From the IMG/VR virus record IMGVR_UViG_3300021371_000004, positions 1 to 64,000 of that record: 64,000 nt of DNA. The stretch is one strand, 5' to 3'. Source of the DNA: a virus. Position 1 is the first letter of the stretch. Each line of letters begins with the position of its first letter. This document shows, one piece after another, positions 8,265-17,247 of this stretch. A model generated the notes under the pieces. The model was given only the letters and a program-made list of their open reading frames with translations. It searched no databases and was not told the origin of the DNA. The position numbers and the translations under genes were made by a program.

Positions 8265-8932
8265 TAATGCGGATAGATCTGCGCGATTACCTTGGCGCAT
8301 GCCCGAGCAACCAGTATGTGCTCCCGCTGTGTACCGTTAGCACCACGCAGTTCGATATAGTGAATCCAAGAGCGCAGAGTACCATTCATGTACATACGGG
8401 AAACAGTATTTCCTTCGGGCAGTACACAACGTGCTTGTTCCTTGGCGATACCATTTTCAATTGCCCAGTTGTATGCCTTCAAAGACTCATCGATGACACC
8501 CTGTTGCATTGCTTTCCAAGTGGCATCAAGTTCAGAACCTTCTTCCAGTTCTACGCTGTTCTGCCTGTTCTTCTCGTCCTGTAGTCGGGCATCACGCAAC
8601 ACAAACATCTCATCGCCCATTTGGTCGATGTTAGCATATCTTTGACTGAACTCCTGAAATGAGAAAGACCTGTGGCGCAGTATTTGTCTTGCGATATCGC
8701 GAGTGGTTTCTATTTCTAGACAAGCAGAGACCATCTCAAACGGACTGAAATGTTTGTGGTCGATTAGGTATGCCAGCAACCTTTCGTTGGTGTCGGTGTT
8801 CATCTGGTTTGCTGGGTTTGATACTCTGGCGCAGTATGCAATCAATTCGTCCAGTTGCTTTGGTTCTGCTATGGCGTGGTCTGCATCTGCCCAGTATGGA
8901 CCCTGCGAATAACTCACAAGATTAACTTTCAT
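8261..8932 (-). CDS. thyX: Flavin-dependent thymidylate synthase
   Basis: HFSPFE, RQILRHRSFSFQEFSQRY signature, ARCVLP, TQREH. Confidence 0.96.
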   Translation of the reverse strand: MKVNLVSYSQGPYWADADHAIAEPKQLDELIAYCARVSNPANQMNTDTNERLLAYLIDHKHFSPFEMVSACLEIETTRDIARQILRHRSFSFQEFSQRYANIDQMGDEMFVLRDARLQDEKNRQNSVELEEGSELDATWKAMQQGVIDESLKAYNWAIENGIAKEQARCVLPEGNTVSRMYMNGTLRSWIHYIELRGANGTQREHILVARACAKVIAQIYPHY

Positions 8933-9164
8933 CGGCGTTTCCTCTCTCATCACATTGAAGGTATTTGTATCGGGATATAGCGTCAATCCTAAATTTCTTC
9001 CATATCTGCATTTGTTTGGTCGTGCCACCCTTTCTACTCAACTCAGTCAGGTGCGTAATTTCCTTCTTCACTTTCTCGCAGTCACTGCTGGTACTGGCAA
9101 ATACTGATTCACACAAAACCATCATGCCATACAAGGCAAGGAAGAACACAATCGCTCTACTCAT
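8922..9164 (-). CDS. Small exported protein
   Basis: Signal-peptide-like N-terminus (MSRAIVFFLALYGMMVL..VFA); Cys pair in mature part. Confidence 0.55.
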   Translation of the reverse strand: MSRAIVFFLALYGMMVLCESVFASTSSDCEKVKKEITHLTELSRKGGTTKQMQIWKKFRIDAISRYKYLQCDERGNADES

Positions 9165-9166
9165 AA

Positions 9167-10087
9167 TCACTCCTCGAATGTGTTGGCATACGCCCATTCC
9201 AAAGCACCACCTGCTTCTCTGGACAGTGGACGGTTCTCATACCAGTTGCCCGTTTCCTGGTCCAGTTCTTGGCACATCTGAGCAATCTGCTCTTGTGTTA
9301 TGGGATACTTGTTCTTGACGGCATTACATGCCACTGCAATCATAATGCGATACATCTGCGAGTACCAACCAGTTTCACTGACCGACTTATACTTCTCTGC
9401 CATCTTGTTCGGAAAGAACGGACAATCACGATACCCAGACCAAGAGTAGTCTGTGTTGGTCAACTGGGACTTGCGATACTCCAGAACCTGCTCACGCATC
9501 TCTGGTGACATACGGTCAAGAAATGAGTTACCCGTTTTCTCGACATACGGGTGTAACAACTTCAACTTGCCTATGGAGACAGGATCCCCCTCTCCGCGAT
9601 AGAAGAAGTGGTTTGACCCCCGATACAATCCAGGAATATAGTACATGCGCGACAGGTCTTTGGTCTGCTCATCACCAAGTTCACCCAAGTATTTCTGCAA
9701 GGCAAACCAGAATGCTTTTATCTCATCTGCCTCTGCGTTTCTGTCTAGGTCAAACACGATACGAAACTTTGGTTGCTTCACTGTGGAAGATGGCGTGGAG
9801 TATATGACAAACCTGTGCTTTATCGCACTCGCGAGTTTCTCCACATCGCCATCAAATTCGTCAACGTCAACTGCTGCCCATCCACCCCAATACTTCACGG
9901 TTGCGTTTGATCTGGTCGTTCCTTTCTCATAGACAGCAGGACTGATCAACTGCGAATTCTCTTTGCCTGACATGGGAGTCTTTGAGAGCATTTCCAACAG
10001 GTTGGTAAACTCTTCCCATGTATCAAACTGCATGGTCTTGTCGGTTATATTATCAAACGGAGATTTGAAAATTGTTAGTTCGTACAT
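9167..10087 (-). CDS. Putative archaeo-eukaryotic primase (AEP/Prim-Pol-like) with helical C-terminal domain
   Basis: AVDVD (DxD), YSTPSS...PKFRIVF, TKDLSRMYYIP; directly downstream of gp43. Confidence 0.6.
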   Translation of the reverse strand: MYELTIFKSPFDNITDKTMQFDTWEEFTNLLEMLSKTPMSGKENSQLISPAVYEKGTTRSNATVKYWGGWAAVDVDEFDGDVEKLASAIKHRFVIYSTPSSTVKQPKFRIVFDLDRNAEADEIKAFWFALQKYLGELGDEQTKDLSRMYYIPGLYRGSNHFFYRGEGDPVSIGKLKLLHPYVEKTGNSFLDRMSPEMREQVLEYRKSQLTNTDYSWSGYRDCPFFPNKMAEKYKSVSETGWYSQMYRIMIAVACNAVKNKYPITQEQIAQMCQELDQETGNWYENRPLSREAGGALEWAYANTFEE

Positions 10088-10097
10088 AATTTATCCT

Positions 10098-12623
10098 TTA
10101 TCCAAAAAAGTCTTCAAGTGATACTGAATCTTCCTCTTTCCAACCAATCGCCTCGAGTACTGGTCGGACAACAGCAAGGAATGCCTTGTCAAACTGCGTG
10201 TCATAATCGATATACTTGTGCAATCCCAATTCCGGTGGGAGATAGTCAGGAAAGGCGATTACGTTTTCCCTCACTGGGTTTTTCTCATCAAGGTAGATGA
10301 ATTTTATCTTCTCGCCATCCTTGATTATCGTGTTTCTCTTTTCCAACTCATGCTTCTTGATGAGGTTGTTATATAACAGGGAACCACGAACGTGTATGGG
10401 TGTACCCTTCTTGTATATCGTGTCTATGTCCTTCCACTTGGTAACATCAGAAACACCTCGGGGAAACGCGATCTCATGCGGATCCAGTCTGTTGAAGTGT
10501 GAGCGAAACAATTGGATTGCTGTCTGCGTTTCCTTCTCTGTACCGGAGATCATAACCTTGAACAAACCCTTCAGGGCATCACGACAAGAGGCAGGGGTCG
10601 AGGACTTGACTGCCTCAATGCCCATGATCTTCAGTTTAGGTTTGGCATACTGCACACCCTCGTTGTTACGCACGTTGAGGATATAACGCTTCTTGGCGGT
10701 CCAGATACCCGAGTCAGCAATTGCCTCTCGACCCATCACCATCTTGTTCTCATATGCGCTCATGTATGCGGCGAGGTCTTCGTATGATTGGGTGAACAGC
10801 GGCACAAACTTATCATTGCCCATCTGATCAAGCAACTTGACTATCTTCGCCGTGTCGGTCAACCCCATCTTCTTGACCAGTGGACCAAAGTTCACATACA
10901 GCGAGTCAGTGTCCATGGCGACCACATAGTCGAAGTTGTCCGTGCCCACTATCTTGTTCATGTAGTCATTCACTGCGCGTTCTGCCCAGCGTATCGATAA
11001 CTGACCCGACATCGTGATTGCTTCTGCCATGCGGATGTCATAGTACCGAAACCATCTGTTTGCCAACGCGCCATAGAGAGAGTTCATCATGATCTTAATC
11101 GCCATTTGCTGCGAGTCGAGTTTGGCGATATCTTTCTCTGCGGCAGCATCACCTGCCTCCACCCTGCTCTGTAACTGGAGCATGTTCTGCTTTATCTGCT
11201 TTCGCTCGGCATACAGTCCAGAAATGATACTGGGTAGCACACCCTCTTTGCCCTTGCTGAATTGAACACCGTTTGCGGACAATGCATCTTCGGGAGACTC
11301 TGGCGCAGGTCTAGTTTGGTCAAGGCAGTTGTCAACGGTAACGCCCAACGTTCTTGCTTTCAAGATGGTCTCGGGTGACATATTGTACTGCATAATCAAG
11401 TGGGGGTATAGTGAGTTCAAGTCAAACGAGACAATCCAGTCGTGTCGACCCACTTGAGGTTCCTTCACATAACCACCACCGAAGTCCTCTTTGTCATTCT
11501 CTTTCTTGGGAGGTACAACGATCTTGCGCTTACACAGTTCACGATATATGTAAGTGTCCCACAATTGTGTAGTACCAAACGAGTCTTGATAGTTACACCC
11601 ACCCTTGTATGCGATGGTCATTGCCAGTTCAATGAGTCCGATCTTGTCATCCAGTTTCTCAACCAGCAGAACGTCCTTGATGTTATAATCAATGAACTTT
11701 TGATAGTCCTCCTTGTATAGGGTGAACAGGTTGCCGTGTTCCTCGTAAGAGAGTTTCTTCTCGCCGAGTACCACGTTGGCAATGTGATCAAGTTTGTAGG
11801 ATTCTTGTACGCCATATATCAGGTTGCCAAACTTCTGGAACAACTCATAGTAATCCAGTTGCTCAATACCAACCATGTCATAGGTCTGTTGCTTGCGCCC
11901 ATGTCCCGTGGATATATTCTTCTCACGGACAGTATTCCATGGCGACATCTTCTTGTATGTGTCACCACCAATCATGCGCTTCATGCGATTGATAAGGTAT
12001 GGGAAATCAAACCCGCGACAGTTCCAACCAGTGACAACGTCAGGGCAGGTATCCTTGCCGCTCCAGAAGTTCACAAACTTCAACAGCAAGTCAACCTCGC
12101 CATCGCACTTGATGTACTTGATGTCAGCAGGGTCAATGTCAAGGTGCTTCGTACTGGCAGCAGGGTCATACTGGTCAAGGAGTGCCCACACATAGACGGT
12201 GGGATGACCATGATACTTCAGGCAGATAGACTGGACAACGCGGAGCGCATCTTCGGGTTCGGGAAACCCATCCTCACTCTCGACCTCGATGTCTATGTCA
12301 GCAACGAGAACATGCGCTGGGTCAAATTCTATTTGGTTGGGAAATTTGTCTTGGATGTACTGGGCAGCAAAGTTGTTATTGCCGTGTGCCTCAAGAGAGT
12401 CAACATACTCATATCTCTTGCTGAATTCGGTTGCCTCTTTCATGCTTTCGAAGGAGACAGGTTTGACACCGCGACCATCCATGGTCTTCCATTCGGTGTC
12501 GTTACTGGTTGTCAGGTATAAGACAGGGTCAAACGTGTCACGAAACTGCTCACGAATACCGTTGTCATATCCACGGTAACAGATGTTGTTGCCAATACGA
12601 GATATGTTGGTGTAAAACTTCAT
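10098..12623 (-). CDS. gp43: Family B DNA polymerase
   Basis: DIEV exonuclease, SFDLNSLYP, KIMMNSLYGA, MDTDS, KKRY; C-terminal clamp peptide SLEDFFG. Confidence 0.98.
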   Translation of the reverse strand: MKFYTNISRIGNNICYRGYDNGIREQFRDTFDPVLYLTTSNDTEWKTMDGRGVKPVSFESMKEATEFSKRYEYVDSLEAHGNNNFAAQYIQDKFPNQIEFDPAHVLVADIDIEVESEDGFPEPEDALRVVQSICLKYHGHPTVYVWALLDQYDPAASTKHLDIDPADIKYIKCDGEVDLLLKFVNFWSGKDTCPDVVTGWNCRGFDFPYLINRMKRMIGGDTYKKMSPWNTVREKNISTGHGRKQQTYDMVGIEQLDYYELFQKFGNLIYGVQESYKLDHIANVVLGEKKLSYEEHGNLFTLYKEDYQKFIDYNIKDVLLVEKLDDKIGLIELAMTIAYKGGCNYQDSFGTTQLWDTYIYRELCKRKIVVPPKKENDKEDFGGGYVKEPQVGRHDWIVSFDLNSLYPHLIMQYNMSPETILKARTLGVTVDNCLDQTRPAPESPEDALSANGVQFSKGKEGVLPSIISGLYAERKQIKQNMLQLQSRVEAGDAAAEKDIAKLDSQQMAIKIMMNSLYGALANRWFRYYDIRMAEAITMSGQLSIRWAERAVNDYMNKIVGTDNFDYVVAMDTDSLYVNFGPLVKKMGLTDTAKIVKLLDQMGNDKFVPLFTQSYEDLAAYMSAYENKMVMGREAIADSGIWTAKKRYILNVRNNEGVQYAKPKLKIMGIEAVKSSTPASCRDALKGLFKVMISGTEKETQTAIQLFRSHFNRLDPHEIAFPRGVSDVTKWKDIDTIYKKGTPIHVRGSLLYNNLIKKHELEKRNTIIKDGEKIKFIYLDEKNPVRENVIAFPDYLPPELGLHKYIDYDTQFDKAFLAVVRPVLEAIGWKEEDSVSLEDFFG

Positions 12624-12648
12624 TCAGTACTCCATAATATAAGAATCT

Positions 12649-12677
12649 ATTCTACACCAAGCAGAATAGGATAGCAA
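12649..12677 (-). promoter_or_regulatory. Class B promoter for gp43
   Basis: TTGCTA-17-TAGAAT(AG), with extended -10 TG. Confidence 0.65.
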
Positions 12678-12681
12678 CAAA

Positions 12682-12825
12682 TCAAACTAAACCGTATACC
12701 ATTACTCCTGTCCAAGTTAAAACCCAAGCAGACAAGACGAGGTTTAAGAAAAACTCTCTCTTGCGAATGCCCATTGTCTGTGCTTTCTTGTCAAACGGTG
12801 TTTCAATAAAATCTACTTCAGGCAC
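12682..12825 (-). CDS. 47-aa single-TM protein (not in ORF track)
   Basis: GTG start with AGGAGG SD, overlapping regA stop; C-terminal FFLNLVLSAWVLTWTGVMVYGLV. Confidence 0.55.
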   Translation of the reverse strand: MPEVDFIETPFDKKAQTMGIRKREFFLNLVLSAWVLTWTGVMVYGLV

Positions 12826-13232
12826 TACCTATTTCCTCCTATGTTGTATTTTTGACAGAGTTCCCATTCCTTCTTATCTCGAAAGGATACGATCTTTATC
12901 TGTCGTAGTGGGGTCTTGTCTTTTACCTGCTCGTTGTCGACCAAGTTGACCAAACCCCAATCACTAAGCAACGTTGCTATAGTGTTTCTCCTACCCAAAT
13001 CAGAAACCTCAAGGTTCGCTTTCTTGCCATCAAGCAAGAACAACTCCTTGAAGTGGACGATGAAGTATCGTCCCTGTTTGTGTAGTATGTGACAGGACTG
13101 CCACAATTTCTGTTCTTTCCTAGAAGCAACCCCGATACGAGTCAGGGTTTCCCTGACCTTCAGGAAGTCGTCCGGTTCATTTAATGTAATCTCGAGCATT
13201 TCGCTGGGAGACCAAGACGCTAATTCATTCAT
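12825..13232 (-). CDS. regA: Translational repressor RegA
   Basis: PDDFLKVRETLTRIG, QSCHILHKQGRYFIVHFKELF, RRNTIA. Confidence 0.96.
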   Translation of the reverse strand: MNELASWSPSEMLEITLNEPDDFLKVRETLTRIGVASRKEQKLWQSCHILHKQGRYFIVHFKELFLLDGKKANLEVSDLGRRNTIATLLSDWGLVNLVDNEQVKDKTPLRQIKIVSFRDKKEWELCQKYNIGGNR

Positions 13233-13292
13233 GTGATAGACCTATCGCAAAAGTTATTATTATTTCCAAGCATATCATTTATGCGAATGTAT

Positions 13293-13673
13293 TTAGCGTT
13301 TTCCTCCTTTGTACAATTTGCTCTTCAATGCGTCAATCTGCTCTGGCGTGAATAGGTCAATCACACTCTGCGCCTTGCTGTCGCTGTAACCATAATACTC
13401 TTTGATCACGTCAACATTATCGACTTCGGTTTTCTTCGCCCACTTACCAAACCGCTTTTTCTTTCGGATGGTTCCTCGTAAGAAGTCATACTGTAATCGA
13501 CCGTCCAGTTGGTGATATAGGTTCATCTCGTTGGCGAGCATGACGGTATCTTGGAATTGCGACAGACCTCGATTGATCATGAAAGAAGGATACTTATCCT
13601 CCTCCATGGGATCCATTATGTCTTCCTTGGTGTAGTTGATGCTGTTGGTGTAGTCAAACGGATTACTACTCAT
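13293..13673 (-). CDS. gp62: Clamp loader small subunit
   Basis: FMINRGLS...ANEMN, QYDFL, KRFGKWAK, YYGYS..KA. Confidence 0.93.
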   Translation of the reverse strand: MSSNPFDYTNSINYTKEDIMDPMEEDKYPSFMINRGLSQFQDTVMLANEMNLYHQLDGRLQYDFLRGTIRKKKRFGKWAKKTEVDNVDVIKEYYGYSDSKAQSVIDLFTPEQIDALKSKLYKGGKR

Positions 13674-13921
13674 CAGTGTATAGTCTCCGATGAGGGCGGC
13701 AATGCGAGACATTCAGCAACATCCATATACAAACCATACACAAGGTTCTTCCCATATACTTTCTGGAGCATTTGCAATTCTTCTGTCGTGAAGTCTCGCA
13801 GTTTCTCCCCAGCAAGTTTCTGTATCGAATTCAGAAGTTTCTGCAACTTGGCGTAGAGTTCATAGTCGTATTCGCTGTCCTCGAATTCTTCCGAGAGAAT
13901 CTCATCATCATAATCATCCAT
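13673..13921 (-). CDS. Hypothetical acidic protein
   Basis: 82-aa coupled ORF. Confidence 0.55.
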   Translation of the reverse strand: MDDYDDEILSEEFEDSEYDYELYAKLQKLLNSIQKLAGEKLRDFTTEELQMLQKVYGKNLVYGLYMDVAECLALPPSSETIH

Positions 13922-14153
13922 CTTGATTCAATCCCCCTATATCAGAAACACTCTGGATAAACCGTTCGGGTGTAATGTATCTTTTCACAGGAAACCCATT
14001 ATGGTCTTTCACTGCTTCTGTCCAGTTGTGGATATCTATAAACAACTTATCCGATACAGAATTATATGCAACCTTTTGTGCATACCCCACGATCTGCGGC
14101 AGACCATCACCAACCTTTTCCCACAGAACGTAGACTCCTGCCCGATTATCCAT
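13914..14153 (-). CDS. Hypothetical protein
   Basis: Start overlaps gp44 stop. Confidence 0.5.
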   Translation of the reverse strand: MDNRAGVYVLWEKVGDGLPQIVGYAQKVAYNSVSDKLFIDIHNWTEAVKDHNGFPVKRYITPERFIQSVSDIGGLNQDG

Positions 14154-15094
14154 CACAGGTACTCCAGTTGTGCCATACACTCGGTCAAACAAGCAACCAT
14201 ATTCAGTTCATGGTCTGCAACAAATGCCGCCTTGTGCTGATAATCCGCGAGGATGATAACCAGCTGCGGGATGCTATTGGGTTCAACCTTGTCGGTCATG
14301 TTGTCGTACACGCCACGGAATATCGCTGCGCTCTCGGTGTCCATGTTGTTGGCAACCCACTTGCGCATTGACTTGAAGTCTTTTTCCTTCAGGAACCCAA
14401 ACAGGTCTGAGAAGTCGCCGGAGGAATCGGATTTGCCTACCAACACCAGTTCGTTGCCTCGCCTGGATCTCTGCAGTTCATTGAGGATCCTGCGCCAGTC
14501 TGGTGCATGCCGCATAATGAGTTCAGCAATAGAGTTGGGGTTGACATCACCCTTGATGCCTTCCTCGGGCAGTATTTCGTTCATAACTCTCTTCATGAAC
14601 TGTTCGCAGAGTTTCGCCTTCTCTTTCTTGGAGGCATTAAACTCTACAACGCCACAACGAGAGTGTAGCGGTTCGATGATCTTGTTCTTGAAGTTGCAGG
14701 TGAGGATGAAACGACAGTTGTCGCTGAACTCCTCGATGAACCCACGCAATGCAGGTTGGGTTGATTGTGCGTTCAGGTAGTCTGCCTCGTCAAGGATAAC
14801 AACCTTGTATCCACCTTGTAGGGATACGCTGGAAGCAAACTGTTTGATCTTGCCACGGAGGGTGTCGATGTTACCTGACTCCGATGCGTTGATTAGGATA
14901 TTGTCTAGACCAAGTTCGTTACACAGTGCACGCGCAACGGTGGTTTTGCCCAGACCAGCAGTTCCGGTGAACAGGAGGTTTGGCACCTCTCCAGAATCAA
15001 CTATTTCTTGGAATACTTTCTTGATGTGCTCCGGTAGGATACACTCTTGGATAGTCTGAGGTCTGTAAGCCTCCACCCATAACGATTCTCGCAT
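14153..15094 (-). CDS. gp44: Clamp loader large subunit (RFC-like AAA+)
   Basis: LWVEAYRP, GTAGLGKTT, ILDEAD, QPALR, PLHSRC. Confidence 0.96.
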   Translation of the reverse strand: MRESLWVEAYRPQTIQECILPEHIKKVFQEIVDSGEVPNLLFTGTAGLGKTTVARALCNELGLDNILINASESGNIDTLRGKIKQFASSVSLQGGYKVVILDEADYLNAQSTQPALRGFIEEFSDNCRFILTCNFKNKIIEPLHSRCGVVEFNASKKEKAKLCEQFMKRVMNEILPEEGIKGDVNPNSIAELIMRHAPDWRRILNELQRSRRGNELVLVGKSDSSGDFSDLFGFLKEKDFKSMRKWVANNMDTESAAIFRGVYDNMTDKVEPNSIPQLVIILADYQHKAAFVADHELNMVACLTECMAQLEYL

Positions 15095-15120
15095 ACTACA
15101 AACTCCATAATATAAAATAA

Positions 15121-15197
15121 GGTGAGCAGTTTTCCTCTTGCTCAGGAGACGGGTGCGGGTTGCACCGACCAGAGCGAGTTTAGTGTCTTCTCGGGAC
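15121..15197 (-). ncRNA. Candidate structured intergenic RNA (two H-type pseudoknot-like units around a hairpin)
   Basis: GTC-C-CGAG-AA-GAC-ACTAAA-CTCG; GGTGC-AACCC-GCACC; CTC-CT-GAGCA-A-GAG-GAAAAC-TGCTC. Confidence 0.4.
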
Positions 15198-15206
15198 GTT
15201 CGCATA

Positions 15207-15449
15207 CTACGCGCCCATCAAGGCATATGCAGCAGTTACCATTGCGCGGGTTGGAGTGCCCAGACGATAGAATGTCTTGGTTTCGCCCTTGCTGTTGGTT
15301 TTTTCGTTAGCGAATACAGCGTAACCCTGGATGCGGAGTTGACGTACAACTTCGTGTGGGTTCTTTGCGCTGAACCGAGCAGAGATCTGCTTCGCTGTGA
15401 GTTGCTCACCTGCTTTCAGTGAGGTTAATAGACGTGATGCTTGTGACAT
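15207..15449 (-). CDS. Small basic winged-HTH DNA-binding protein
   Basis: LTAKQISARF..KNPHEVVRQLRIQGY...YRLGTP. Confidence 0.75.
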   Translation of the reverse strand: MSQASRLLTSLKAGEQLTAKQISARFSAKNPHEVVRQLRIQGYAVFANEKTNSKGETKTFYRLGTPTRAMVTAAYALMGA

Positions 15450-15504
15450 AATGTATACCATTTTAAATTTGTGCCCGTTGGTAAAGGTGGGCACTCACCT
15501 TATT

Positions 15505-15579
15505 TGGCTGGCGAGGTAGGGATCGAACCTACGACATCCTGATTAACAGTCAGGCGCACTACCGCTGTGCTACTCGCCA
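15505..15579 (-). tRNA. trnN: tRNA-Asn(GUU)
   Basis: Acceptor TGGCGAG/CTCGCCA, anticodon arm CCTGA-CTGTTAA-TCAGG, TTCGATC T-loop, GCCA end. Confidence 0.93.
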
Positions 15580-15588
15580 ATCAACCTG

Positions 15589-15765
15589 TTACAGAGTGTA
15601 GTCACTCTTGATACTTTCCAGTTGTTCGATGCGAGCAGCGTTTTCTGCTGCCCACTTCTCTTCAGAAACGCCATTGCGCTTCGCCTTGGAGTTGGCATAG
15701 GTGTAACCCTTTGCCTGTTCAAGTGCTGCTGCGCGACGTTGCGCTGTTGAGCGTTGTGCTTTCAT
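15589..15765 (-). CDS. 58-aa hypothetical protein (not in ORF track)
   Basis: GAGGAG SD; MKAQRSTAQRRAAALEQAKGYTYANSKAKR... Confidence 0.6.
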   Translation of the reverse strand: MKAQRSTAQRRAAALEQAKGYTYANSKAKRNGVSEEKWAAENAARIEQLESIKSDYTL

Positions 15766-15777
15766 GCATTCTCCTCG

Positions 15778-15999
15778 TTAATCGTTTTCGGATTGAAACT
15801 GCTCACACATCTGGGCGATGTTGACACACTGGTCTCGGAGTTGACCGATAGCAGATAGTTCCTCGCCCTTCACTGCTCCACGTTGACACATAGCGTCGAT
15901 GACGGAGATGGTCGTGCGTGATGCGCGAAAAGATGCGTCATAGATAGGACGGACATCTTCGACGCCGAATGTTTTTTCTTTTGGTTCTTTGGTTGACAT
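15778..15999 (-). CDS. Hypothetical protein following gp45
   Basis: IDAMCQRGAVKGEELSAIGQLRD motif; AAGGA SD. Confidence 0.7.
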   Translation of the reverse strand: MSTKEPKEKTFGVEDVRPIYDASFRASRTTISVIDAMCQRGAVKGEELSAIGQLRDQCVNIAQMCEQFQSEND

Positions 16000-16003
16000 A
16001 CCG

Positions 16004-16678
16004 TTATCCTTCGTATGTGGATGATTTTTCGAGAGCGATGTAGTAAACCACATCAACAGTTTTGCAAGTGAACTTGCTGATCAAACGCGAGGAAACCTCG
16101 ACGTCATAGTCGCCAGAGATCAACTTCAGGTTGGCGATGTTCATAACAAAGCAGAAATTATCTGACTTTGCTGTTCCTGGAACCGTGATGTTGAACGCAT
16201 TTGAGGTAGCGTCTGTGTTGTCTACAACAGACAACTCAATACCACCCTCGGTCGCGGTCACAGAAACCTTGTCGTGACCCAGTGCTGCTGCTGCGCTTCG
16301 GATGCGCTTGAGCGTTGCTTCGTCCAAGGTGAACGTGACTTCTGCTTCGGGCATCGGAATATCCTTCGCCGGAGAAGTCAGAATACCAGGGTCACTGTAG
16401 AAATACTTGACGCTAGATCGACCAGAGGAATCGGATACCTTGACTGAAGAGTCGCCGAACTCCAACGTTGGAGCATCAACAAGACCAAGCACTGACAGGA
16501 ACTCATTCAGGTTATAAACCCCGACGGTCTTGTCAAACGACTGGTCAAGATTAGCAACCGCCATGACGTTCTTTGCTTCGGCGATAGTCTTGACGACATT
16601 GCCTTCGTTCATCACGATATTGTCTTGGATGGTAGCAAAGTTCTTCAGTACTGCCATCGTGTTTTCATTTAACTGCAT
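16004..16678 (-). CDS. gp45: Sliding clamp
   Basis: VLKNFATI, VYNLNEFLSVL, NLKLISGDYDV, YYIALE. Confidence 0.95.
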   Translation of the reverse strand: MQLNENTMAVLKNFATIQDNIVMNEGNVVKTIAEAKNVMAVANLDQSFDKTVGVYNLNEFLSVLGLVDAPTLEFGDSSVKVSDSSGRSSVKYFYSDPGILTSPAKDIPMPEAEVTFTLDEATLKRIRSAAAALGHDKVSVTATEGGIELSVVDNTDATSNAFNITVPGTAKSDNFCFVMNIANLKLISGDYDVEVSSRLISKFTCKTVDVVYYIALEKSSTYEG

Positions 16679-16720
16679 AGTATATTTCCTTGCTGTGGTT
16701 GTTTCTCTAAATGAGATTCT

Positions 16721-16749
16721 ATTATCGTCGAACCGGATTGAGATGTCAA
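16721..16749 (-). promoter_or_regulatory. Class B promoter for gp45 operon
   Basis: TTGACA-17-GATAAT(AG). Confidence 0.8.
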
Positions 16750-16752
16750 CAC

Positions 16753-17247
16753 CTACAGACCCACCTCATACTCAACAGATATCCCGTCTTGGTTTGGGGT
16801 CATACTCACCCCGAATCTTCCCCCTCGAGGGTTCCTCTCGGGCGTCTCGAGGTCGAGTATCACCCTCGGCGACCACTTATACCCACCCGCTACCAGCGGG
16901 TCTCGAGGAGCGCGAGAGGCGTCCAGAGGGACGGTATCGACCCCTGAAACCCTCTCCCCTCGGGCGTCTCCAGCGTCCCCGAGAGGGCGTTGGAGGGTGT
17001 CGAGAGGACGCTGGAGGGCGTTGATACAACCCTCCAGACGCGCCTCGAGGACGCTGAAACGGGTCTCTAGGGCGGTATACTGCGCCTCGAGTAGGGCGTA
17101 ATCGGGTTCCTCGAGGAGGTAATCGACCTCTTCAGTGGGTGGTGCGCCACGAAAGACCAATGTCAGTGGTACAGCAACGCATACGACTATGATAGTCGAG
17201 TCTACGAATCCCCAAAAACGATCCCCCGCAGGGTCAACTTTACTCAT
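16753..17247 (-). CDS. Hypothetical TM + coiled-coil protein in a GC-rich stretch
   Basis: Start overlaps the AAA+ gene stop; N-terminal TM segment; atypical composition. Confidence 0.5.
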   Translation of the reverse strand: MSKVDPAGDRFWGFVDSTIIVVCVAVPLTLVFRGAPPTEEVDYLLEEPDYALLEAQYTALETRFSVLEARLEGCINALQRPLDTLQRPLGDAGDARGERVSGVDTVPLDASRAPRDPLVAGGYKWSPRVILDLETPERNPRGGRFGVSMTPNQDGISVEYEVGL

